Source: Bacteroidaceae bacterium (lineage in GTDB: Bacteria; Bacteroidota; Bacteroidia; Bacteroidales; Bacteroidaceae). Taken from it: 64,000 bases of DNA. The position numbers and the translations under genes were made by a program. Below, in pieces: positions 38,301 to 46,862 of this stretch (position 1 is its first letter; each line of letters begins with the position of its first letter). The stretch covers positions 3,321 to 67,320 of the forward strand of contig JAZRYP010000012.1 in NCBI GenBank assembly GCA_045600825.1, given 5' to 3'. The notes under the pieces are model-generated. The model was not told where the DNA came from and ran no database searches. It was given only the letters and a program-made list of their open reading frames with translations.

Positions 38301-38891
38301 GTTCAGCTCGTGGCTGGAAAGTCCTGTTCCGGCAGCCGGAGAATATGGCTGTATGGTATATCCCTTGTAAAGATATCCCTTGCCATACAACTGCTTCAGC
38401 AACCACCAGAGAGTCTCAATGTAACGGTTATCGTAGGTTATATAAGGATTGTCCAGATCAACCCAGTAGCCGATCTTGCGTGTCAGCTCACTCCAGCGCT
38501 CCTTGTATTTCATCACCTCGGTACGACAATTTCTGTTATAGTCATCAACCGAAATCTTCTTGCCTATATCCTCCTTGGTAATGCCCAGATTCTTCTCCAC
38601 GCCAAGTTCAACAGGAAGTCCGTGAGTATCCCAGCCGGCCTTGCGGTTCACCTGGAATCCGCACATTGTCTTGTAACGGCAGAAAGTGTCCTTTATGGTA
38701 CGTGCCATCACGTGATGAATACCCGGCATTCCATTTGCCGACGGAGGTCCTTCATAGAACACGAAGGAGGGACAGCCCTCACGTTCCGTCACACTACGCT
38801 CAAACAAATTCTCTTTCAGCCAGTCAGCCAGCACTTCCTCATTCAGCTCTGACAGATTCAGCTGACTCCGTTCTGCAAATTTGCGGTTCAT
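35400..38891 (-). CDS. ileS: Isoleucine--tRNA ligase (long type)
   Basis: HIGH-type motif PSANGMPGIHHV, KMSKRLGN, editing domain, 1163 aa. Confidence 0.95.
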   Translation of the reverse strand: MNRKFAERSQLNLSELNEEVLADWLKENLFERSVTEREGCPSFVFYEGPPSANGMPGIHHVMARTIKDTFCRYKTMCGFQVNRKAGWDTHGLPVELGVEKNLGITKEDIGKKISVDDYNRNCRTEVMKYKERWSELTRKIGYWVDLDNPYITYDNRYIETLWWLLKQLYGKGYLYKGYTIQPYSPAAGTGLSSHELNQPGCYRDVKDTTVTAQFRILDPKPEMTGWGTPCFLAWTTTPWTLPSNTALCVGNKIDYVAVQTYNPYSGQPVTVIMASERVSAYLNPEGGKLPMEQYAQGDKVIPYRIVANYKGSDLVGMHYAQLFPWVRPTYKDEDGSIKISDAGFRVIPGDYVTTEDGTGIVHIAPTFGADDAFVAKAAGIPSLFMVNRKMETRPMVDFTGKYWMLDELDPDFVDRCVDKSLYQEYEGAYVKNAYDPKFNEGGKYDESAASKAEDLNIAICMRMKQAGTAFKIEKHVHNYPHCWRTDKPVLYYPLDSWFIKASAARDRMIELNRTIKWKPESTGTGRFGKWLENLNDWNLSRSRYWGTPLPIWRNDDGDEICIGSVHELYDEIEKSVKAGLMKSNPFKDKGFVPDLYTAGNYEKIDLHRPYVDDIVLVSEAGRPMKRETDLIDVWFDSGAMPFAQMHYPFENRELVDKGQVFPADFIAEGVDQTRGWFYTLHAIATMVRDAVSFKAVISNGLVLDKNGNKMSKRLGNAVDPFGEIEKFGSDPLRWYMITNAQPWDNLRFDEEGVKDVVRKFFGTLHNTYRFFAQYANVDGFDFSESVIPVADRPVMDRWILSELNTLIRNVRECLDDYEPTRAGRLITDFVNDYLSNWYVRLTKDRYWGCAMNADKLAAYQTLYTCLETISLLMAPIAPFYADRLFRDLNAVTGRVKSDSVHLAMFPECDENMIDKALEARMELAQKITSMTLALRKRDDVRVNVRKPLQKILVPVTADVKANLEPVKELIRSEVNVKEVEFVEGTAGILVKKVKCNFKLLGKKFGSLMKSVSAAVQNMSQEDIAALERDGSFTFNIDGQEAVVNTSEVDIFSEDIPGWVVANEGTVTVALDITLTDALVREGIARELKKRIQDMRKASGFDITDRIAVRLSSTTATDEAVIEYMDWIKEQVLANSIELVAGLSEGEDVSFDEYSLKAQVERQN

Positions 38892-38951
38892 CCTCTATTC
38901 CTAAATTGAATGTTTCAGGCCGCAAAATTACTTTATTTATATAACATTTCA

Positions 38952-38959
38952 TAATTTTG
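38952..38959 (+). promoter_or_regulatory. Candidate -7 box (TAATTTTG) upstream of hisH
   Basis: Matches TAnnTTTG, 11 nt upstream of the ATG at 38970. No clean -33 TTTG was found. Confidence 0.3.
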
Positions 38960-38969
38960 CAGACCGGAT

Positions 38970-39560
38970 ATGAAAGTAGCCATAGTCAAATACAATGCAG
39001 GAAATGTCAGTTCCGTGATGCACGCCCTGGACAGGCTCGGCGTGGAGCATATTCTGACGGACAATGCCGAAGCCCTGCGCTCGGCCGACAAAGTCATATT
39101 CCCCGGTGTAGGCGAAGCAGCGACAACTATGAGCTACCTCAGGTCACACGGATTGGATTCCATTGTCAAGGGACTAGCACAGCCTGTCCTGGGTATATGT
39201 CTGGGGCAGCAGCTGATGTGCTCGCACAGCGAAGAAGGCGATGTGGACTGTTTGGGAATATTCAATGTACCAGTCGTAAGATTTCAGGCTGCAAGCAACG
39301 AAGAGAAAGTCCCGCACATGGGATGGAATGAGATTGAATGTACCGGAGATGCACTGTTCAAAGGTTTCAGCAAACCCGAATCCGTATATTTCGTCCACAG
39401 TTTCTACGTGCCCGTCTGCAAATGGACAGTTGCGGAAACTGACTACATAAATCCATTCAGCGCGGCACTTCATAAAGACAATTTCCACGCGACGCAGTTC
39501 CACCCCGAGAAGAGCGGTAAAATCGGTGAAAAAATATTGTGCAACTTCCTTGATTTGTAA
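38970..39560 (+). CDS. hisH: Imidazole glycerol phosphate synthase, glutaminase subunit
   Basis: MKVAIVKYNAGNVSSV, GICLGQQL (Cys nucleophile), QFHPEKS. Confidence 0.92.
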   Translation: MKVAIVKYNAGNVSSVMHALDRLGVEHILTDNAEALRSADKVIFPGVGEAATTMSYLRSHGLDSIVKGLAQPVLGICLGQQLMCSHSEEGDVDCLGIFNVPVVRFQAASNEEKVPHMGWNEIECTGDALFKGFSKPESVYFVHSFYVPVCKWTVAETDYINPFSAALHKDNFHATQFHPEKSGKIGEKILCNFLDL

Positions 39561-39566
39561 ATAATA

Positions 39567-40289
39567 ATGACAATAATTCCTGCCATTGACATTCTCGACG
39601 GAAAGTGCGTAAGACTGACCAGGGGAGACTATTCATCACAGAAGATATATTGTGATACGCCCTTGGATATGGCGCTGCTGTTCCAGGACAAAGGTTTCAG
39701 ACGCATACATCTGGTCGATCTGAACGGAGCAGGTGGAGATCACATCATCAACCGTTCCGTGCTGCACGATATATGCTCCAAGACAGACCTCACAGTAGAT
39801 TTTGGCGGAGGCATCAAAAGTGACACGGACATTGAGGCGGCATTTGACGCAGGCGCGGCAATGGTCACTGTAGGCAGTATCGCAGTCAGTTCTCCCGACA
39901 AGGTTGCCAAATGGGCAGAGCTATACGGATGTGACCGGATAATACTGGGTGCCGATGCCCGCAACGGGAAGATATCCATCAACGGATGGAAAGAGGACAG
40001 CCAACTGGATCTGTTCGGATTTATCAGAAAATACACCTTGCTTGGAATAAGTCAGGTGATATGCACGGATATCAATCTGGACGGAACACTTCAGGGACCT
40101 GCCACGAGACTGTATCGCAAGATTCTGGCTGAATTCCCAAGCATAAGGCTCACAGCCAGCGGAGGCGTGTCTTCAGCCGCCGACCTGACAGAACTTAAAG
40201 AAGCCGGACTTGACTCGGCAATTGTCGGCAAGGCATATTACGAGGGAAGAATCACGCTGGACGAGATGGCAATGATAGATGATAGATGA
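39567..40289 (+). CDS. hisA: ProFAR isomerase
   Basis: IIPAIDILDGKCVRL, GGGIKS, SGGVSS. Lies between hisH and hisF. Confidence 0.9.
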   Translation: MTIIPAIDILDGKCVRLTRGDYSSQKIYCDTPLDMALLFQDKGFRRIHLVDLNGAGGDHIINRSVLHDICSKTDLTVDFGGGIKSDTDIEAAFDAGAAMVTVGSIAVSSPDKVAKWAELYGCDRIILGADARNGKISINGWKEDSQLDLFGFIRKYTLLGISQVICTDINLDGTLQGPATRLYRKILAEFPSIRLTASGGVSSAADLTELKEAGLDSAIVGKAYYEGRITLDEMAMIDDR

Positions 40290-40321
40290 TAGACAATGAC
40301 AAGACGAACGGATAACGCACT

Positions 40322-41080
40322 ATGCTGGCCAAAAGGATAATACCCTGTCTCGACGTTTGCGATGGAAGAACCGTCAAAGGCGTGAATTTCGTAAACCTGC
40401 GCGATGCCGGAGACCCGGTTGAGCTGGGTCGCATCTATAGCGAACAGGGGGCAGACGAACTGGTATATCTGGATATTACAGCAAGCCATCAGGGACGCGA
40501 TACATTTACAGAGGTGGTAAAGAGGATTGCCGCAGAGATATCAATACCGTTTACCGTGGGAGGAGGTATCAGAAGCGTTGACGATGTGGAGAGGATGCTT
40601 CTGGCCGGAGCCGACAAGGTATCCGTCAACTCAGCCGCAATCAGAAGGCCGGAGCTTGTCAGCGAGATTGCGAAAGCTTTCGGACAGCAGGTATGCGTAG
40701 TAGCCATTGACGGCCGTATGACACCGCAAGGATGGCGATGTTTCCTGAACGGTGGCCGGCTTGAGACGGACCTGGACCTGTTTGACTGGGCAATGAAGGC
40801 ATCGGATATGGGAGCCGGCGAGATTCTGTTCACGAGTATGGACCACGACGGCACACGCGACGGCTATCCCAACGACACTCTTGCAAAACTGCATCAGTTG
40901 CTTCCGATACCGGTGATAGCATCGGGCGGGGCCGGAAAGATGGAGCATTTCAGGGATGCATTTACCATCGGCAAGGCTGACGCCGCACTTGCCGCTGGTG
41001 TGTTTCATTTCGGAGATATCAGTATAAAGGATTTAAAAGATTATCTTTACGGGCAGAAAATCCCGGTAAGGATTGTATAA
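40322..41080 (+). CDS. hisF: Imidazole glycerol phosphate synthase, cyclase subunit
   Basis: KRIIPCLDV..GRTVKGVNF, DELVYLDITAS, VGGGIRS, SGGAG. Confidence 0.93.
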   Translation: MLAKRIIPCLDVCDGRTVKGVNFVNLRDAGDPVELGRIYSEQGADELVYLDITASHQGRDTFTEVVKRIAAEISIPFTVGGGIRSVDDVERMLLAGADKVSVNSAAIRRPELVSEIAKAFGQQVCVVAIDGRMTPQGWRCFLNGGRLETDLDLFDWAMKASDMGAGEILFTSMDHDGTRDGYPNDTLAKLHQLLPIPVIASGGAGKMEHFRDAFTIGKADAALAAGVFHFGDISIKDLKDYLYGQKIPVRIV

Positions 41081-41091
41081 CGACAGACAAT

Positions 41092-41685
41092 ATGGAAATA
41101 GATTTCGAGAAAATGGGCGGACTTGTTCCTGCCATAATCCAGGACAACGTCACAGGCAAGGTGCTGATGCTCGGGTTCATGAACGAAGAGGCTTACGACA
41201 AGACCGTCAGCACAGGCAAGGTCACATTTTTCAGCCGTACCAGACAGAAGCTCTGGACAAAAGGCGAGGAAAGCGGGAACTTCCTCAATGTAGTGTCCAT
41301 TCTCAACGATTGCGATAACGACACCCTTCTCATCAAGGCAAACCCGACAGGTCCCGTCTGTCACACAGGCGCAGACACGTGCTGGGGAGAGAAGAACTGT
41401 GCGGACATCAACTTCCTGTCATATCTGCAGGATTTCATCTGCAAGAGATATCAGGATATGCCGGAAAGTTCATATACCACATCCCTGTTCAGGAGCGGAG
41501 TGAACCGTATGGCCCAGAAAGTCGGAGAAGAAGCCGTAGAGACCGTCATCGAGGCTACCAACGGCACCGACGACAGGCTTATATACGAGGCATCTGATCT
41601 TATATATCACCTCATTGTATTACTCACATCGAAGGGTCACCGCATAGAGGAACTCGCGACAGAATTGAAGAAACGTCACAAATAA
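41092..41685 (+). CDS. hisIE: Bifunctional phosphoribosyl-AMP cyclohydrolase / phosphoribosyl-ATP pyrophosphatase
   Basis: HisI part: LVPAIIQD, SRTRQKLWTKGEESGN, DCDNDTLL, CHTG. HisE part: YTTSLF..KVGEEAVE..DLIYHL. Confidence 0.9.
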   Translation: MEIDFEKMGGLVPAIIQDNVTGKVLMLGFMNEEAYDKTVSTGKVTFFSRTRQKLWTKGEESGNFLNVVSILNDCDNDTLLIKANPTGPVCHTGADTCWGEKNCADINFLSYLQDFICKRYQDMPESSYTTSLFRSGVNRMAQKVGEEAVETVIEATNGTDDRLIYEASDLIYHLIVLLTSKGHRIEELATELKKRHK

Positions 41686-41691
41686 CAGCCA

Positions 41692-42390
41692 ATGACACTT
41701 ATTGACTACAGAGGAATCGAGATTCACCAGGAAGATATGTATGTCCTTGGTGATGTGACATTTACAGTCGAACAGGGAGATTTCGTATATCTCATAGGCA
41801 AAGTCGGAGCAGGCAAAAGCACACTGATAAAGACCCTCTACGGTGAGCTCGATGTAATATGCCAGGGACCTGAGAGCCACGCCTACGTACTCGGTGAGGA
41901 TATGTCGTCCATCAAGCGGAACCAGATACCCAAGCTGCGCCGCAGACTGGGCGTCATTTTTCAGGACTTCCAGCTGCTGACTGACAGGAATGTGCACGAG
42001 AACCTCAAGTTCGTGCTGGAATCGACAGGATGGAAGGACAAGCACAAGATAAGCCAGAGGATAATGGAAGTCCTTACTCTGGTCGGGATGGACACAAAAG
42101 GCTACAAGATGCCTCACGAGCTGTCCGGCGGAGAGCAACAGCGAATATGCATTGCAAGGGCACTGCTCAATGACCCGGAACTGATCCTGGCCGACGAGCC
42201 GACAGGAAATCTTGACCCGGAGACAGGCCGTCAGATAATAGGTATTCTCCACAAGGTCAGGGAATCTGGCACCGCCGTAGTAATGATAACCCACAACCTG
42301 CAATGGCTCTCAGAATTTCCGGGCCGCGTAATGGAATGCAGGGACAGATGTCTGCACGAGATTGAAAACAACACAAACGTATCTATATGA
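41692..42390 (+). CDS. FtsE-like ABC ATP-binding protein
   Basis: Walker [10 protein letters not shown], signature [15 protein letters not shown], Walker [12 protein letters not shown], 232 aa. The cell-division assignment is tentative. Confidence 0.6.
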   Translation: MTLIDYRGIEIHQEDMYVLGDVTFTVEQGDFVYLIGKVGAGKSTLIKTLYGELDVICQGPESHAYVLGEDMSSIKRNQIPKLRRRLGVIFQDFQLLTDRNVHENLKFVLESTGWKDKHKISQRIMEVLTLVGMDTKGYKMPHELSGGEQQRICIARALLNDPELILADEPTGNLDPETGRQIIGILHKVRESGTAVVMITHNLQWLSEFPGRVMECRDRCLHEIENNTNVSI

Positions 42391-43706
42391 AAGTTCTGAA
42401 ATTTGGCGGCACCTCGGTAGGGAGTCCGCAGAGGATGAATGAGGTAAGTAACCTTATCTGTAATGACGGTGAGCAGAAGCTTGTTGTCCTGTCGGCTATG
42501 GCCGGGACTACGAATACGCTTGTGGAAATAGCGAAATACTACAGCAAGGGTGAGAGCGGAAACGCCGCTGCCGTCATTGACAGGCTGCACGACGCATACT
42601 CACAGCACATAGCGAATCTGTACGACACCGTAATATACAAGCAGAACGTACAGGATTTCATTGACAGGAAATTCGAGCACCTGAGATCATTCGGAAGCGT
42701 CCGGTTTACAGAGAAGGAGGAGAAGGAGATTCTGGCACAGGGCGAACTGCTGTCAACATTTATGATGACGAGCCTGCTCTGCGAGAAAGGAGTAAATGCC
42801 GCCCTTATACCGGCGCTTGAGTTTATGCGGACCGACATCAACGGTGAGCCGGATATGAACTACATACAGAAGAACATCGCCAAGCACATTGACACGGACT
42901 CCGACATTCAGATATATATCACCCAGGGATTCATCTGCCGCAACATCAACGGCGACATAGACAACCTGCAGCGTGGCGGCAGCGACTATTCGGCATCAAT
43001 CATAGGTGCAGTGCTCAATGCGGAGGAGATACAGATCTGGACAGACATTGACGGAATGCACAACAACGATCCGAGGATAGTGAACAAGACCCAACCTGTA
43101 CGTCACCTTCTGTTTGACGAGGCTGCCGAGCTGGCATATTTCGGAGCCAAGATTCTCCATCCTACCTGCGTACTTCCGGCCAAGAACGCCGGCATTCCGG
43201 TGCGCCTGCTGAATACTATGCAGCCGGACGCTCCGGGTACGCTGATTGACAATGAGACCGATCACGGCAAGATAAAGGCCGTAGCCGCAAAGGACAACAT
43301 CACGGCAATCAACATCCAGTCAAGCCGAATGCTGCTGGCATACGGTTTCCTCAGGAAAATATTTGAGATATTCGAGGCCCACAGGACCCCTATTGATATG
43401 ATATGCACGTCGGAGGTCGGTGTATCAATGTCCATTGACAATCCGCAGAACATAGATTCCATTATCAATGAGTTGAAAGAACTGGGCACGGTAAGCGTTG
43501 AGACCAATATGTGCATTATCTGCGTGGTCGGAGACATGAAATGGAACAATGTGGGATTTGAATCGCGCGTAATGGATGCACTGAGCGATATTCCCATACA
43601 TATGATATCATACGGAGGCAGCAGCTACAACATCTCATTCCTTATTAAAGAAGATGACAAGAAGCGCGCACTGCAGAGACTGAGCGACACCATATTCAGA
43701 AAATGA
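42387..43706 (+). CDS. lysC: Aspartate kinase
   Basis: [20 protein letters not shown]-terminal ACT domains. Overlaps the neighbouring genes by ATGA at both ends. Confidence 0.88.
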   Translation: MKVLKFGGTSVGSPQRMNEVSNLICNDGEQKLVVLSAMAGTTNTLVEIAKYYSKGESGNAAAVIDRLHDAYSQHIANLYDTVIYKQNVQDFIDRKFEHLRSFGSVRFTEKEEKEILAQGELLSTFMMTSLLCEKGVNAALIPALEFMRTDINGEPDMNYIQKNIAKHIDTDSDIQIYITQGFICRNINGDIDNLQRGGSDYSASIIGAVLNAEEIQIWTDIDGMHNNDPRIVNKTQPVRHLLFDEAAELAYFGAKILHPTCVLPAKNAGIPVRLLNTMQPDAPGTLIDNETDHGKIKAVAAKDNITAINIQSSRMLLAYGFLRKIFEIFEAHRTPIDMICTSEVGVSMSIDNPQNIDSIINELKELGTVSVETNMCIICVVGDMKWNNVGFESRVMDALSDIPIHMISYGGSSYNISFLIKEDDKKRALQRLSDTIFRK

Positions 43707-44824
43707 CAGACACCCCATTCTACCGCTATGACATCGGACTGCTCCGCAGGACGCTGGACGAATTGAGAGAGCTGGCCGGGAGCCGCTGTCACATCCACTA
43801 TGCCATCAAGGCCAATTCCAATCCATTATTGCTCAAGCATATAAAGGAGTACGGACTGGGTATCGACTGTGTCAGCGGAGGAGAAGTCAAGGCTGCACTC
43901 GATGCAGGATTTCCACCTTCGTCAATAGTATTCGCAGGAGTTGGCAAGGCCGACTGGGAGATAGACCTCGCACTTGAAAATGACATATTCTGCATCAACG
44001 TCGAGTCCGAACCGGAACTTGAAATCATACAGGAAAGGGCACACAGTCTTGGGAAAAAAGCGCGCATCGCGTTCAGGGTGAATCCCGATGTCGATGCACA
44101 CACCCACTCAAACATAACTACAGGCATTGCCGGGAACAAATTCGGTATAGACCTCAACATGCTTGACGGCATCATTGCCAAAGCCTTGGGTATGGACAGC
44201 GTCATTGTAGATGGACTGCATTTTCACATAGGCTCGCAGATTCTTGACATGGAGCCATTCCGGAAGCTTTGCCTCCGCATCAATGAGATACAGGACAGGC
44301 TGCAGGAAAACGGCTTCACTGCCGGACATATCAATGTCGGCGGCGGTCTCGGTGTCGATTACACAGATCCAGACAATAATCCTATAGCCGATTTCAGAAA
44401 CTATTTCGGCATATTCCGCAATAATCTGAAACTGCGTCCCGGACAGGAACTGCATTTTGAGTTGGGGCGTTCCATAGTCGCACAATGCGGACAGCTGATT
44501 ACCAGGGTGCTGTATGTCAAGAAAAATCCGTTGAAGCAGTTCGCGATAACCGATGCCGGGATGACGGATCTGATCAGGCCGGCACTGTACGGAGCATACC
44601 ACAGAATCGACAACATCAGCAACCCTGACAGCAGGTTGCAGGTCTATGATGTGGTAGGACCGATATGTGAATCATCGGACACTTTCGGCAAGGACAGGGA
44701 ACTTCCGGAAATCCGCAGAGGCGACCTGCTTGCAATCAAGTCGGCAGGTGCATACGGAGAGAGTATGGCCTCCTGCTACAATCTGAGGACGCTGCCACGC
44801 TCGGAGTCATTCGAATCTGATTGA
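43703..44824 (+). CDS. lysA: Diaminopimelate decarboxylase
   Basis: Group IV PLP decarboxylase motifs YAIKAN, HFHIGSQ, GGGLGVDY, PICESSD, AGAYG. Coupled to lysC. Confidence 0.85.
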   Translation: MTDTPFYRYDIGLLRRTLDELRELAGSRCHIHYAIKANSNPLLLKHIKEYGLGIDCVSGGEVKAALDAGFPPSSIVFAGVGKADWEIDLALENDIFCINVESEPELEIIQERAHSLGKKARIAFRVNPDVDAHTHSNITTGIAGNKFGIDLNMLDGIIAKALGMDSVIVDGLHFHIGSQILDMEPFRKLCLRINEIQDRLQENGFTAGHINVGGGLGVDYTDPDNNPIADFRNYFGIFRNNLKLRPGQELHFELGRSIVAQCGQLITRVLYVKKNPLKQFAITDAGMTDLIRPALYGAYHRIDNISNPDSRLQVYDVVGPICESSDTFGKDRELPEIRRGDLLAIKSAGAYGESMASCYNLRTLPRSESFESD

Positions 44825-46066
44825 CCTGGAAGGCGCAATCCGTGATATGACAGCAGACGGACCTGTCAGCATCAGCACAGACAGTACGAATACTGCGATA
44901 TTGAGCAGCGACAGCCAACCAGCTCCCAGTTCGCACGGAACACTGTCAAGATAATAGTTTTCCGGATTCAAAGGTATGATGTGATAACGCTGTTGCAGCA
45001 GGCATAGACCGATTCCCAATACATCGCCGATCACCATTCCCTTCAGGACTATTCTTGCGGAAAGCATCAGGAAAATTCGCCGGATCAGGCCATTGCCAGC
45101 ACCCATTGCCTTGAGCATTCCTATCATTGAGGTACGCTCCAGTATTATTATCAGGAGGCCGGAGATAATGGTGAATCCGGCAATTCCCATCATCAGCAGA
45201 AGTATGATAACAACATTGACATTCAGGATGTCGAGCCACGCGAACAGCCCGGAATTGATCTGTTCCGTAGTACGTATCATATAAGGCTCGTTCGTACGCA
45301 TCGTAATCTCGTCGAACACTGACCGTGCATCCATATATGCATCGTACAGAGATATACCGTCTGCAACAGTCAGTTCTATTCCGGAACTCTGCTCCGCGTT
45401 CCACCCGTTTATCTGCTGTAGCGTATGTATATCGGTAATGGCATAAACCTTATCGTAATCAGGGAAATTGGTCTGGTAGATACCTGACACGGTAAAACGT
45501 CTGAGCCTTATGCGCTCCTGCATAAAGCAGGCATCAACCTTGTCTCCTACAGAAAGTTCCAGCCGATCGGCCAAAGTCTTGGACAGCAGAATGCCACCGG
45601 ACGCCACGCTGTCACTGCAAGCCGGAATTTCACCTTCAAGCAGATAACTTTCAAGGAAGGAGAAATCGTATTCCTGCCCCACCCCCTTCAGCATAAATCC
45701 CTGGAATGAGCTGTCTGTACGAAGCACACCGGCTTTCTCCACATACCTTTGCGCGTGTCTTATTCTATTTCCTTCAAGCAGCATATCGAAACTCTCTGCA
45801 GGACAGGATACCGGGTACTCTTCAAATTCCGGGGAATAATCGCAGTTGACCACCTGGATATCCTGCATGAATCCACGGACCTTCTCACTCACCTGATTAC
45901 GGAATCCCCTGCTCACAGCCACTGAGAGTATCATCACGAACAGTCCGAGAGACACCCCTACCGTGGCGATAATGACAGCCGGACGCGTAGCCCCGCGTGC
46001 CCCGTCACCACGTCTGTACAATCTTCCTGCAATAAATTTACTTACCACACTGAAACCAAATAGCAT
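44807..46066 (-). CDS. FtsX-like ABC permease (LolC/E family)
   Basis: N-terminal TM, a large periplasmic loop, and a C-terminal FtsX domain (ERTSMIGMLKAMGA..). Converges on and overlaps the lysA 3' end by 18 nt. Confidence 0.75.
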   Translation of the reverse strand: MLFGFSVVSKFIAGRLYRRGDGARGATRPAVIIATVGVSLGLFVMILSVAVSRGFRNQVSEKVRGFMQDIQVVNCDYSPEFEEYPVSCPAESFDMLLEGNRIRHAQRYVEKAGVLRTDSSFQGFMLKGVGQEYDFSFLESYLLEGEIPACSDSVASGGILLSKTLADRLELSVGDKVDACFMQERIRLRRFTVSGIYQTNFPDYDKVYAITDIHTLQQINGWNAEQSSGIELTVADGISLYDAYMDARSVFDEITMRTNEPYMIRTTEQINSGLFAWLDILNVNVVIILLLMMGIAGFTIISGLLIIILERTSMIGMLKAMGAGNGLIRRIFLMLSARIVLKGMVIGDVLGIGLCLLQQRYHIIPLNPENYYLDSVPCELGAGWLSLLNIAVFVLSVLMLTGPSAVISRIAPSRSIRFE

Positions 46067-46091
46067 CGCGAATATAGCCTTTTTATCATTA

Positions 46092-46107
46092 TAGTTTTGT
46101 AAGTTTG
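46092..46107 (+). promoter_or_regulatory. Two adjacent candidate -7 boxes (TAGTTTTG, TAAGTTTG) upstream of the YggS gene
   Basis: Both match TAnnTTTG and lie 28-36 nt upstream of the ATG at 46135. Confidence 0.3.
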
Positions 46108-46134
46108 TAGTTGAATTCGCAGTAACTCTGGCAA

Positions 46135-46830
46135 ATGGATACGAATGACATCAACGGCATAGCGCAAAGGCTTCTTGAAATCAGGGAATCCCTTCCTGAC
46201 AATGTGACTCTCGTTGCCGTATCCAAAACACATCCGACAGAGTTCATACAGGCAGCATACGATGCCGGCCAAAGGGTTTTCGGTGAAAACAAGGTGCAGG
46301 AAATGGCGGCTAAGCACGAGGTCCTTCCCAAAGACATCGAATGGCACTTCATAGGTCACGTACAGCGTAACAAGATACGCCAGATGGCATCGTTCGTATC
46401 AACCATTCAGGGTATTGACTCCTTTGCCGCATTAGAGGAAACCGATCGTCAGGCAGAGCGTTTCGGACGCACGATAACCTGCCTGCTCCAGATTCACATA
46501 GCGACAGAGGAAAGCAAATTCGGCTTTTTCCCGCAAGAATGCTCTGATATGCTTGCCGAAGGCAACTGGCGGACTCTCAGCCACATAAAAATAGGCGGTG
46601 TAATGGGAATGGCAAGCAACACCGACAACAATGGGCAGGTGCTTTCCGAATTCACGAATCTGGTGGAATTCTTCCAGTTCGCAAAAGAGCATTTCTTCAG
46701 TGACGATACGGATTTCAGGACGATATCCGCAGGAATGAGCGGCGATTATCCGACAGCTATTCAGGCAGGAAGCAATATGATACGGGTCGGCACAGGCATA
46801 TTCGGTGCCCGCGACTATACAACACACTAA
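46135..46830 (+). CDS. YggS-family pyridoxal-phosphate homeostasis protein
   Basis: LVAVSKTHP (PLP lysine), WHFIGHVQRNK, MSGDY, IRVGTGIFG. Confidence 0.85.
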   Translation: MDTNDINGIAQRLLEIRESLPDNVTLVAVSKTHPTEFIQAAYDAGQRVFGENKVQEMAAKHEVLPKDIEWHFIGHVQRNKIRQMASFVSTIQGIDSFAALEETDRQAERFGRTITCLLQIHIATEESKFGFFPQECSDMLAEGNWRTLSHIKIGGVMGMASNTDNNGQVLSEFTNLVEFFQFAKEHFFSDDTDFRTISAGMSGDYPTAIQAGSNMIRVGTGIFGARDYTTH

Positions 46831-46862
46831 CCACTCTATCAGACAACACATTTACTTGATAT

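Noticed and set aside
33480-38891. The ileS - dksA/traR - lspA - DUF4296 array as an unusual operon.
   Set aside because: To my knowledge this gene order is a conserved housekeeping arrangement in Bacteroidetes. Nothing atypical was seen apart from the longer DUF4296-like protein.
40274-40293. Small tandem repeat GATAGAT-GATAGAT-GATAGA at the hisA 3' end.
   Set aside because: It has fewer than three copies of a 7-mer and encodes the last residues and stop of hisA (..MIDDR*). There is no sign of variability or function from the sequence alone.
38970-44824. hisH-hisA-hisF-hisIE running directly into an FtsE-like ATPase gene, lysC and lysA as a possible novel super-operon. I also looked for a lysine riboswitch ahead of lysC.
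   Set aside because: Tight packing of unrelated biosynthetic genes is common in compact Bacteroidales genomes. lysC overlaps the preceding gene, which leaves no room for a riboswitch leader. All products look canonical.
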